Shown here: positions 38,300 through 50,389 of the stretch, piece after piece
Layout: the number at the start of each line of letters is the position of its first letter
How positions within the stretch are numbered: the stretch's first letter is position 1
DNA from: Somniosus microcephalus
Taxonomy: Eukaryota
Direction of reading: 5' to 3'
DNA length: 64,000 nucleotides
NCBI GenBank assembly: GCA_052327205.1
Contig: CM126219.1
Location: 64,852,001 to 64,916,000 of the forward strand
Translations under genes and position numbers: made by a program
The notes under the pieces: model-generated
What the model saw: the letters and a program-made list of their open reading frames with translations, nothing else
Told to the model about the DNA's origin: nothing
Database searches by the model: none

Positions 38300-39510
38300 T
38301 TATATCTGATGATTTCTGTACTATTTGTAGAGAAGGGTAATAAATCCCATCCTTTAAGAACCCTGACTCTCTCCTCTTGCATTTCCTAATGTCTCTCGTC
38401 TCGTCTACACTAGCTGACAGATCACTCCTTGGGTTTTTTTTTAAGTCCTGCCTAATATCTATTTTTGTTTTGCCTTGGTCCTACTCTAGTTTAATTTGAA
38501 GCAGTAATGGGCTACCTTATCCATTTAATATCTAGTGTTCCCTACCCCACCACCCTTGCTTTCTTCCTAGGTTATGCACCTGGAGCTTCTCTAGTGTTTG
38601 CAGATCGCTCATCCCCTTTTACATTTGGAATTGTTCTCTGCACCCCTTCCAATGCCTGGACCACTTTGTGGTATCGTGACCAGAATAAATGCAGCATCCC
38701 TGCTCTGACCAGTGTCTAACCTATGGAGTCCACTCTACAGGTGTGACAAAATATCCCAGCACTATATTTATTTCTAACATTGTGTCACCACATTGTCCAG
38801 ACATTAAAAACAAAGAGTCTGCCATCTGGTAGAGTCCCTCTCCCAGTCTCGAATGATTCAATCCCATTTCGTGTTCTGCTTGATACTATTTCCAAAGGGC
38901 CATACTAGATATTTATCAATGTTAAATGGCTTTTGGGGTTTGTCAACACAATGCATTTCTAATGAAAATCCTTCTGTAAGTCTTGTGGTGCATCCACAAC
39001 TTCTATTGATTCTCCTATTTTAGTAGTGCCATCTACACATTTGGTAAGCTTACATTTGGTTTCCAAGTCATTAATTCATTAATATAAATTAGAAGCAACA
39101 AGGCGTTCAAGCACAGATCCCCACTTAACATCGGACCCCTCCCAGTCTCTAACATTGTGCTTTTGACTATTTTGTGTCTCATTTGTTTTAACCTTAATCC
39201 AGTTCCATGTTCTACTCCTGGATTCCTACATGATTTAATTTAATTACAAGTCTTTCAACGTGAGACTTTGAACTTGAGAAAGCTTTGGTGAAAGAACTAA
39301 TCATCATAGGACGTGCAACTCTCTACATAATTAAGACCTGTCAAAGATCTTGGCTCAGGAGCATCGTCCCCTCTAAGGACATGCTGGCTATTTCCTACTT
39401 GCATATACTGCTCCAGTCTACCCTTTAGAATAATTTATATTCGTATACCTGTCCTTTTATAGGCACTGGGCCTGCTGTTTCCTGGGTCAGATGTTACCTT
39501 TCTAAATACA
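38300..39510 (-). mobile_element. Old, degraded CR1-like LINE
   Basis: Remnant minus-strand motifs (gaccagaat..gcagcat, tcatctgc-like, gtcaaa..ctt). No intact ORF. Confidence 0.45.
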
Positions 39511-39512
39511 AG

Positions 39513-39960
39513 GTGTCAGCCTTGGCTCAGTGGATAGCACTCCTGCCTTGTCAGAAGATTTGTGGGTTGAAATCCCATACCACAAAATCCAAGTTGACAC
39601 TCCAGTGCCGTACTGAGAGTGCTGCACTGTAGGAGATGCTGTCTTTCAGATGAGATGTTAAACCAAGGCCCCATCTGCCCTCTCAGGATCAGGATCTTAT
39701 GTCCACCCAACAGCACTATTTGAAGAAGAGGAAGGGAGTTCTCCCCGGTGTCCTAGCCAATATTTATCCCTCAACCAACATCACTTTATAAAAAATAAAA
39801 AAAACCTGATGATCTGGTCATTATCTCATTGCTGTTTGTGGGACCTTGCTGTGTGCAAATTTGCTGCTGCGTTTCCTACATTACAACAGTGACTGTAAAG
39901 TGCCTTGGGACGTCCTGAGGTTATGAAAGGTGCTATATAAATGCAAGTTTATTCTTTCTA
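39513..39960 (+). mobile_element. Near full-length tRNA-derived Deu-domain SINE
   Basis: tRNA head ggctcagtggatagcact..gggttgaaatccc, Deu-like core, and L2-like tail gctatataaatgcaag. Confidence 0.85.
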
Positions 39961-40149
39961 TCTTGTACATACTAATTTTGTTACTTCGAGTTCTGCAGAA
40001 CCTCAACCACTGTCCAAGGATTCCTTCATTGCAATAGCCAGTGCCCTAAAACATCTCCATCAGCAGCGTAGGATTCAGGATCGCTAACTTAGAATGGATT
40101 GGTTGGTACAACTGTGGTTCTGTTCTAAACTGTTGTCTGAAATATCTAA

Positions 40150-40400
40150 TCCAGAGCCGTCTTTTGTCTCTTTACTAGTCCTATCACCATCTCGGCTCGT
40201 TTTGAATACCTCTTACTGTCTCTTCACTTCTCTTCTCTCTTCTTTCATCCCCATTTCCCAGCCCCCAAACTGGCCTTTTAATCTGTTTCATTTCCTGTGT
40301 TTTTTCAGTCCTGATGAAGGGTCTTCGACCTGAAACCTTGACTCTATTTCTCTCTCCACGGATGTTGCCTGGCCTGCTGAGTTTTTCCAGCATTTTCTGT
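40150..40400 (+). ncRNA. Penelope-like terminus with minimal hammerhead motif (copy 2; core 40307-40343)
   Basis: agtc-CTGATGA-a-GGGTC(ttc)GACCT-GAAA-CC-TT-gact, preceded by a pyrimidine-rich pLTR-like segment. Confidence 0.65.
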
Positions 40401-42269
40401 TATGTCTGAAATATCATCACTGATCTGCAAAGATTGGTTACCAATGGAGAATATGGAACTAAAAGTACGAGGCTTAATAAATTGTGCTTTTTGGAGAAAT
40501 CTGCAGGATTTCAAGCTTTCTGTACATGCAACATTGACTATCTCTGGCACTTCACTACACTCCCACATTACAACAGTGACTACACTTCAAAAGTACTTAA
40601 TTGGCTGTAAAGTGCTTTGGGACGTCCTGAGATCAGGAAACTCACTATAAAAATTCAATTTCTTTCTATTAAATCCCAGTCTAGTTCTTCTTTACAGGGC
40701 TGCAGAAATATCTACTGTAGCCACCAGTTTCCAAGTTTTTGTATTTAATCTCCAGTTATCTTGGCTATGTGTAACAACATTCAGCTCGTTTTCCCCTTGT
40801 GCTCTGGTTCAATTAGAGTCACTGCTTTGCTTGACTGGGACAAGATTACTTTTCCTGCCGTTCAACTTGTTCATCAGATGCAGGCAGTATACAATGCAGC
40901 TCAATGAAATGAGGTGTTACGGTGTCGAAAGGTTTTAAAAATAACACCTGCACTGGACGTGCTTCTTGCAGCTGTCTACTTATATCGCAGGCCATACCCT
41001 AATGCTTTTAAACATACCTCTGGAAAGAGCCAGGGAAGAATCTATATAAATATCAGTCCACGCTGGGATTTAACAGCAAGAACGAGAGGATTTTTGTATG
41101 CACTCAAAACACCAGATGACTTTTGTAGTTGACCACTTTGCAGCAATTTTGTTGCTGTACACTTAAGTTTGCAAAAATCAATTTTGCAGTCTTTTCTCCC
41201 TGCTGTTCTGGCCAATAATTATCCTTCAAACTACATCACTAAACAGATTATCTGGTCATTATCACATTGCTGTTTGTGGAACCTTGCTGTGCATAAATTG
41301 GCTGCTGAATTTCCTACATAAGTGACTGCATTTGAAAAAATATTTAATTGGCCTGTAAAGTGCTTTGGGTCGTAAAGGCGCTATATAAATGCAAGTTTTT
41401 TTCTAGAGATTTCATTCATTTTATATTTTTGGGTTTCCATAAGAATTACCTGGAGATGAGAGTTAATCCTAGTGGACTCTGGGTTTACAGAAGAGGAAAA
41501 TATCCTACTCTTGCACTCCTCCCATCTTTTCTTTGCCTCCCACTCTGCTCTTGTAGCTTCTATTCCCTTCACTGTGCTCCTACCACGTAGCCTGCTTCTA
41601 AACCCCTATTTCTGCTACCGTTTCCTCACCTTTTAAGATCTGCAGAGCAAGAATCAGATGGTGCAAAAATAGGAGTGCTCTGTGTGGGGAAAGTGCAAAA
41701 CTACCAGCCTTGCACAGAGCATACAAACTGACTGGCTTGAGACTTTCCACTTCAGTCCAGGAACCAGCTACTCCTGTGAACCAGTTGTTCCCATATAATC
41801 GAACAATTTGACAGATCCAGTCAATCCCCAATAAGCCAGCGCAGGAAATTAACAAAAGTTGCTTTTGCATACTCCAAGACCGCAATTCCTGTTCAAGTCC
41901 CATCTACAGCTGATGCCCTTTGCTCTTTCTTGACGTTTGCCAACAGCGACAAGCTCTTCCCTTGAAGAGGTTGACTTGTGCCAATTGGACAGCATCATTA
42001 GATGAGAATGGGAATGCACAGAACCCCCTTCAGCTGGAGGTGGGCTTGTCATTTAGGAGAAAGGAAAACACTTAAGCGATCAAAACCTCATCCTATTTAA
42101 TGCCCCCCATTGTAGGAGTTGCAGTAGAACCTGTTTTTCCGAATACCTTTATTGAAACAGCAGTTGCAAATTGAAACTTCCTTGGGAGATCTAGATGTCT
42201 TTGCTAAAGAAAATTTAAGGTCATGGGGTATATAATTTCACCATCAAGAGTTTCGAACCTTCTGCTGGA

Positions 42270-42376
42270 GTGCTAGCAGTCTGTAGGTCCCGCATTGGAC
42301 TAATCAGTTACCTGCGAGCTGATTTTTAATGTGGAAGCAAGTCATCCTCGGTTTCGAGGGACTGCCTAAGAAGAAG
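42270..42376 (+). mobile_element. RTE-clade LINE 3' end
   Basis: VCRSRIGLISYLR C-terminal motif, 3' hairpin and (AAG)n tail. Confidence 0.65.
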
Positions 42377-43933
42377 GTAACATTGCATTATATTTCACCA
42401 CGAGGGGTTGTCTCTTAATCCTGTGGTGCATTCTGGGGAGGGTGCTAACCCTCTGGTTAACTTGTGCCATGTGCTCTGTACCTGATCTGGCTCCTTTTCC
42501 CCATCACTTTTTTAGAAGCTCCCAAAACTCAGGCAAGCTGTCTCCAGCACAAGCTGGCTAGAATGCACTGGAGGCTGGAGAAGCGAAGGTCAAAATTCAA
42601 TTGGTGGTTTTTTTTTGGAGGGGGTGGGGGTAGAACATGGGAGTCCAGGTTGGAATTCTTAAATAGAGCACAACGTGCGGCTCATGATGTTTCTTGAGGA
42701 CTGAATTTACTCCGGCAAAAGAAAATTAAGTAGGGCAAGATTTTTCCTTTTAAAATGCTTTCTTGGGTTGAAGTATGCAATTAGAGCTGTCATTGCCCTT
42801 GAATTAACTTGTTAAATCCATCAAAAGGAGGACTTTTTTAGTGCATTGTATAGCAGACACTGGTTAACTGGAATTCTAAGTCCAGTTGATCACCACTGTA
42901 TTTAAATTAGACTGATCGGTCTATTTAATGCGAACAATTCATAAGTGGATGTCCCAATGAACAGGAGTCAGTTGTCCATCCCTTTTTGTTATATATCTTC
43001 TGTTCCCTTCTTCCTCCGCAGTCCTCAATCCCATGGTTTAACAGAACCATGAACTTCATTGTTACCAGAGAATATAAAGAACGTGGACAAGCCCGGAAAA
43101 TGAAAACAGGTCAAAGTTCAGAACCAGCTTTTTAATCATGCAACATGCTGGAAGTGATTAGGGAAAAGGGACAAATGGAACAGTAGGATGGGCGGAGTTA
43201 ACAGCAAAAACATGCTTGGGTGGTAGCAGAGCAAAAAGAGAAGGGAGGTTGGCTGTAAAGTCAGTGCATCCCTTCTTGGGGGGCCGGGGGAATAAGAATT
43301 CACTAGTTGTTGCTGAATTTAACCAGTGGTTGGTCGCTGGGCAATTCGTTTCCGAGTAAATGCAAAGAGACGACATTGAGAGAAATCTCTAATAGTAGAT
43401 GCAGCGGTCACTCCACTTCAAGAAAGAACTATCCTGGCTTATTAACCAGTAACATTCGCTGAACCACATGCTTCTGAAGTGCAGAAGACACAAAAGCCTG
43501 ACTAGGGCAATGAGCTAGCATCTAAATGGATCCTTGTGCCTATAATTTAAAAAACAGAAGTCCAACTTGAATAATGCAAATCTCCACGGCCAATGTAAAC
43601 CGAAGATGCATTGAGGTGCTGGCTGGGGGGCCTTGCTGGCGATGCCAATAATATAACTAAGGAATGATGTACTGTTCAGATCTTCACAGAACAAACATAT
43701 TTTCACTGATCACTCCCTGCCATAGGATCACCCTTTCTGGCCCACCCTTATAGCCCACTGAAAGATGATACTAACTTATAAATGCCAACAGGCGACATCC
43801 TGGATTGCTAATAAAAGCTGCTCTGAAAAGTGACCCTACTTGAGGGTCCGTCTCTTCGCTGGGTGAAGATGAAGAATGGCTAGCTAGTGATGAAGAATGG
43901 CTACCATGTTTGGCTTGACTAGCTTAGCTAGGC

Positions 43934-44052
43934 GTTCTGATGAAAGGTCATCGACCTGAAACGTTATCGACCTGAAACATTAACTCTGTTTCTCTCTCCA
44001 CAGATGCTGCCTGACCGGCTGAGTATTTCCAGCATTTTCTGTTTTTATTTCA
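43934..44052 (+). ncRNA. Penelope-like terminus with minimal hammerhead motif (copy 3, with a 17-bp internal duplication)
   Basis: gtt-CTGATGA-a-AGGTC(atc)GACCT-GAAA-CG-TT-[atcgacctgaaacatt]-aact. Confidence 0.65.
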
Positions 44053-47000
44053 GCTATGGTATTCCCAGTCTAGGTACAGACATGAAGAACAGTCACTTGG
44101 GTGGGGTACTAGAGGGGTGATAGTCAATGAAATTGTGGTCCAGCATAAGTCATTGCCGTTGGTGGTTGGGGAGGAGTTTAGGGATATGGGCTCAGTTGTG
44201 GAAACTAGATACCAGGGAAAAGTAGCAAGCATTGATTTTACTTGGTCTGAACGCTAACCCAGATCCTAAAGTCTTCAGTAGCACGGGATTCAAATGCAAG
44301 GGTAGCCCACTGATGCAAGTTGGAGTAACAGGGCAGAGGTTGGTGGCCATGGCTGCCCAGGATGAGTCTCGACTGTTACTGTGGGGCGATTAGTGTGTGG
44401 AGTCCAGATGCTTTCCTGGAGGAAAGAATGACAACCTAGTTAACCTGGCCATGCGTGCATCTCCTAGCAACCACGTCTTTGGTGCAGATGTTGAAGCAAA
44501 ATGTCATTTTCCCCTCCAATTGGGAAAGTGTGGGGATACGTGAGGCTAAAAGCATCCACTGTGGTAGACCCAAGGCAAATAGCAGGTTTGGACACAGACA
44601 CGATGGGCCGAAGGGCCTCTTTCTGTGCTGTAAAACTCTATGACTCTATGACATTCTCTGCACAGTACGCTGGAGTTAATGGGCCATTTCTCTGCACTAT
44701 TGTGACTTTGCTTAAGGACAAGCAAAATGTCTTCTAGGTAATCAGTGCCAAATCTTGGTCCTAACCCAACATATCCAGCAGGGGTGGGCAAAGGGGTCTT
44801 TGTCTCATCTGTCTATGGCCACTCCTGTCTGTGCTGCTGGAAGGGAAGAGCAGACAATACAGAGCTTTTAGGTGCAGTCCTACTAATGGAGTAAAGCCAT
44901 GGAGACAGTCTTCTAATCTCCAACTATTTGGTATTTCCCTGCCAAGTTAGCTTATCATTTTGAAGAGCTGCAGTTGCGTTGGGGTGGATGCTGCATGCTT
45001 TATTAGCAGAGACTCGACCCAACCCAGGTTAGTTTGGACACCGTGCTACTCTCAGCCCCGGCCTCACTCCAATACCGTGCAGCTTTTCCTTCAATTCCAC
45101 GTGGAAATGACTTGGCCAAGCAGGCACCCCTCGGTGTTTTTTTCTGGCACTGCATCTGCACCATTGGCCCACCAGCCTCCTCTCTCCACAGGCTCTAGTG
45201 AAAGTGATTTGATTATCATCTGCTACAAGCCCTCTGCGGGGCCGGGTACCAACCTACCTCCCATATATTGTGTTCACCTCTGGCTCAGCGACACAAACCA
45301 GGAAGTTCCAAGCCTGATCCACTGTTCTGAGATGGCACGTCCCAGTTGGAGGGGGCAAGAGAAGGTACGTACTATAATTCACCGTGGCACCCTGGGTTAG
45401 GGAGAGGTAAAGTGGCCTGGGGCTGTTCCAGCTGGACATGCAGTGCGTGCGTGGGTGGGCATCAGGCAAGCACAGGAGTGGGCTCTGCACTGAGGCTCTC
45501 CGTGGTCGGGTAGGTGGCTGGTGCTTGCTGTCAAAGAGAACGTGTGAAGAGCAGCTGAACAGAGGGCTGCTGATGCCCATAGGATTGTAACACCGGGAAG
45601 CAGTCTACACTGAGAGGAGGACGGGTAAAAAACTGGCGAAATGGGGTGGGGAGGGATATGAGCACAGCCTTCTGGAAAGGTGACTAAGCTCCTTGAATCA
45701 TTAAAGCTAGTGATTAGAAGGGGGAGATTAAAAGAGTGGGTCACAATAAATTTCACAATTTAAAAAAAAAAAAAAAAAAATTCATTCTCGGGATACGGGC
45801 GCTGCTGGCAAGGCTGGCATTTATTGCCCAGCCCCAGTTGCCCTTGAGAAGGTGGTGGTGGGCCACCACCTTGAACCACTGCAGTCCGTGTGGTGAAGGT
45901 ACTCCCACAGTGCCCTTAGGTGGGGAGTTCTAATTACTAACCAAATCACTCTAAATTGGAAAAACAACCAACTTCTACTTGAGTAGACTCTGGTTGCACA
46001 TGGTAATGATTACTTCTGGTGCCTGGAGTCTACACCGACCTCTTGCTGCAGAACAAAAGGTCTGTGTTCTGTGGCTCTACTTAATTTTGTTAAATATAAA
46101 TTGTATTTTGTGCTTTACTTCTACCGCCTCCTCCCACCCCACCACTAAGGGATCTTGGTTAAATGGAGAACCGCTTAGGTGGGATCTTGATGATGATTTC
46201 AGCTTTCCTCTTTCCTCTTTCCCTTCTCTCCTCTTAAAGTGACCACCAGTCATGAATCTCCAGGATTAGCCATGTGAGCTCTGCTGTCTATGGCAATACT
46301 GCTGTGCCAGAGACTAGTGCAGTTCACTGGGAGCAGTAACTTGTGGTAGGACATCAGTTGATGCAGATTCAGGCTCCTATTCTCCCACTCTTCTTTCGCC
46401 CGCCCCCCACCCCCCCCGCCCAGCTTGCTGAGCTCCCAATCTCCGCTGTGTTGGAGGCGCTGAGCGATTGGCTCAGGGAAGGAAAACTACCTCCAAGCAG
46501 CAGGCTGATTGGCAGAGGTTTTGGAACTGCGGGGGCGGCAGGAAATGGGACTTTATAACCTCAGTGTACAAGTGACAAGGGCTGTCCCATCCTTAAATGT
46601 CAGCTAGGTGTCCCAAAAATATGGTCATGTGTTTTTCACACTTCCAATTGCTGAACTCATGAATTCAAGAGTGACGCGACCACTCAAACTGTCCATTTTC
46701 TTGACTTGCCTTGGCTCAGGATGGAGTGTGAGTAAAGAAGGGTGAGTTGGCTAGAAAGAGGATAGGGCATTGTACGAGGGTAACAGGAGAGTGGGAAAAA
46801 TAAACTGAGCTACTGAATCAGGAGTGTCCAATCCTGTTGTGCACTGATTCCTGCAGGGCTCCCTCTCTCAAACTACTGATAATTTAATCCAAAAATCCAC
46901 AGGAAACTCTTTCTAAACCAATACAGGAACAGGAGTATCCAGTGGCCTATCATGCCATGGCAGCTCTCTCTTTTTAATTGTAGTTCCCCATCCTTTGATG

Positions 47001-48401
47001 CCCTCTTTTCCCAAGTGAGATCTCTCTCCATTGTGAGCACCTGCTGTGATTTCTGCATCTATGGATCTTCTGGGGCAACACACTCTGTTCTCACAACACC
47101 CTCATGAAATTTTTTCTGAATTATCTTTCAGCTGGTTTAGTTTGAATGCTAAGATGATGTCCCCTTGGTCTAGGTTCCTCTACCAGAAGGAAGAGTTGTT
47201 CCTTGTCAACTTCTTTTTTCGTTATTTAAACACCTGAATTAGATCACCCCCCTTATCTCCCATGTAAATATCAAAAGTTTCACGAATTTGTCGTGAGGGA
47301 GAAGGGTCTCTCAGTTAATTCACTTGGCCATAGTATAAAGCAATGTAGTACGTATTCCTTGTACAACAGCTACAGTAAGCGGAGGTCAGACTCGTAGAAG
47401 ACTTCAAGGCAGCCCGTTTTTCAACAGAGAGGAGGGAAGACCTACTGCGGAGGAAGGAAGTGGAACTAGATTGCAAGACAGAATGGCACACGAGCGAGCC
47501 TGTGGAAGCCTGATGCACGGAGGGGAGGGGGGTGTTAGTTAATGAAGCACAGGAAGCGAGTTAGTTTGCGATTTCACTGCACACTGCCACAAAGCCAAAA
47601 TAATAAAACAAAGGCGTCCCATAATTAGCCAGAGAGAAGCTGAGGCCTGAAGCTGAAGTATAGCACAGTTCTGATAACACAACGCAGGATGTGCAAGGAA
47701 AGGATGACTGATGCACAGCGCTTGTATAGAGTCTGCACTGTCGCCTTTCAGCCAGGGTCCAGCACAGGGGCTCTTGGCCAGTTGCTGCGAGATTATCACC
47801 AGTTCGTTGAACAGGGAGCGCGGGAGGGCGATCACAATATTTGTTTTGCTCAACTTGGCGAGAAAGGCATTGGCCCAGCTCGCTGCTGCGGGTTTAGTGT
47901 TTAACTCCAGTGCTAACTTTCCTGACTGCGACCAGGGCATTAGTTTCGAACGGGGAGTCGAGTTATGGGGGCATTGTTGTCAACTCCTTCTTGAATATAC
48001 ATGCTCTTTTGCACAAGGGGAGGGGGAGGAGGGCAGGAAGAGTTTCCAACACTGGCAGCGAGATATCCTGCAAGAAGCCCAGGTCCCAACAGATCTTCAG
48101 AGCGACCTACCCAGTTAGTTCTGGAATATCCCACATGCCACAAATTGGTAGTTCAGAGGGCTAATTTTTTTTATTGGTTGCCGTAGCAACATCAGTTTAT
48201 GGATGTGTGTGTGTGTGTGTGAATCTTTAATGTTCAGAGAGCGCAATGCCACTCCTAGTCCCGGTGAACCCTCCCCAGTAGAAGCGTGCGGTAGGTTGAG
48301 GGGGATGTGGAGTCGGGGGATTGTGTTATCAGAACTCCCTGTACCCGCCGTTCAGCCTCAGCCAGCCGCCAACCACAAGGCCAAAGCAGAGAAGCGCATA
48401 C

Positions 48402-48464
48402 CTTCAGCTTGGACTGAATCTCACGAGCTTTCCTTCGGGCAAGAACCTGCATATGACTAGACAC
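48402..48464 (-). CDS. TEAD3: TEAD alternative exon B: VSSHMQVLARRKAREIQSKLK
   Basis: 63 nt, phase 0-0. Long pyrimidine tract plus ctgcAG, donor GTatgc. Close to the TEAD2/TEAD4-type RRK(S/A)REIQ(S/A)KLK. Confidence 0.93.
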
Positions 48465-48549
48465 CTGCAGGAAAGAGCAAAGGGGAAGAAAAGAAGAGCC
48501 TGTAACCATGGAGATGAATGTCCCCCGGATTCATGCCGGCTGCACATAC

Positions 48550-48612
48550 CTTGATGCTTGCTTGGTACTCTCGCACTTTCTTCCTGGCTAACACCTGTAT
48601 GTGACTAGACAC
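48550..48612 (-). CDS. TEAD3: TEAD alternative exon A: VSSHIQVLARKKVREYQASIK
   Basis: 63 nt, phase 0-0. Acceptor gacatAG, donor GTatgt. Close to the TEAD3-type VSSHIQVLARKKVREYQVGIK. Confidence 0.93.
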
Positions 48613-50037
48613 CTATGTCGACGAGATAATTTAAAGACAAAAAACACAAATGAAAGACGATGCTTCTGTCACTACTGTACACAGTGCTTACATTATTAGT
48701 CAGTTAGTTTGGACATGCAGAGCCAGGCCTTCCGTCACCACCTTTTCCCTTTCCCCTTAAAGCTCCCATAATACTCTGTAGCCATGCAACCAACAGCCAT
48801 GCTGCTTTTTGGCAGCCAATGTCCCTCAGTTTTGCCTTTGTTCTGGAGAAAGCAGTGCCAGCATTTGTTGCTATGGCGAGCAGTAATGAGCCCTCCCAGC
48901 TACCATAGGACTCTGCTAAAATAAAATACAACTGAACTGTTCTTATTGGAAGGTAATGGCGAAGAAACACGAGCACCGTCTGGTTAACTCGCTTTCCTCC
49001 AATTCTGCGAGTGTCTCCAATTTCACTCACGTCATAATAAAATAACTAACTGATCACAACATGATGGTTTCAGCCCAGAGGACAATGGGATCTTCCTTCA
49101 CCTCGTAAGTCTGGTGTTATCGCAAGAGGTCATCGATGCTTATCTGTTGTAATTGGGAAAAATCCTCTCCCACACCCAACATGCTGGGGTTTAGTTCCAC
49201 ATGCACTGGCAGCCCTCCTGTATCTAAGCAACATTTTGTCATTTTACTAAAGTGCTGTTTGTCAGTGTATTCGGCCCATCATGCCTGTGCTGGCTCTGTG
49301 CAAGTGCTACCCAATTAGTCCTGCTCTTTCCCCACAGCCCTGCAAATCTTTCCTTTTTTCCAAGTACACAAACTGCATTGGTGCTGTAATGGATTACTTT
49401 GGTTCTTCCCCAAGTAAAACATTGAGAACTCGCTGGATATCGAGCAGCGATTTGAATTTGTTAAGGAAATGGTTAAGGCAGGAGCAGGTCCACCAACAAA
49501 TGGTTAGTTCTTTAGGATTATAACCTCTCTAATGTTGACCTGAAGCAGCAACCAGTCAGTATCGAGTTATTTCTGTCAGTTAAACAGATCTAAATTTTTT
49601 GAGTTTTTAAGATGGGAGGTTGCTGCTTCCCAAAGGAAGGTGCGGTTGGACACTTTCAAAAGATGGCTGCTCTAATAGAAGGTTCTAGATAATGACTACA
49701 GAACGGACTCCCCGATTCGCTGGTGAGGAGATCGCAGGCCCGCAGCCCACTGATTGGCCATCCATTTAAAGTTAGCGGGGACTGTGGGCAGGCCGTTTCT
49801 GACCCGTGCTCCCTCTGAGTGCCACTCCCTACCAGGACCCTACCAGGAGCGTTCGTTCGATCAGGGAAATCAGCCGTTGCATCCTTGAAAGATCTTCAAA
49901 AGCCTCTTCCTTGGAATGACTCCAGCAAGGACTGGGTAAGACTGACCAGGCCCCGACTGCTGTGGTAACTGTCGGCTATTCTGAGGGGTTATTCTAATGG
50001 CATTGCTCACTCACCCTGTTCTAAGAGATGGCTTTAC

Positions 50038-50389
50038 TAGGCTGCCAACCCCCCAGGATTGCCCTGGAGTCTCCAGGAATGAAAGACTAATCTTCAGGAC
50101 ACCCAGGAGAATAATCATAGGGGCACTTAAATTTGAATACTTTTGTATACTCGTTATAAAAATAGTGGACATGGTGGGGGGAGAAAGGCTGTTTGTCTGA
50201 TGGTTAAGAATCATCCAATTGGGTAACAAAGAGTCTATTCACTTTCCAATTGGTGGGGGAAGGCGGGGCGCTGAGAGGATGGGCGTGTCGGACAACCAAT
50301 GGCAGGAGCGTGGGGGGCGGGGCTGGTTGGGGCAGGAGGTCATGCGATGACACCTCCAGGTATATATCCAATCAGAGTTGGCAATCCTA
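50038..50389. mobile_element. hAT-type MITE
   Basis: TAGGCTGCCAAC...GTTGGCAATCCTA, 8-bp TSD ggctttac/gcctttac. Confidence 0.75.

Noticed and set aside
39513-39600. tRNA gene (also about 55880 and 19540-19600)
   Set aside because: The tRNA-like A/B boxes are SINE heads followed by Deu body and LINE tail. No complete cloverleaf.
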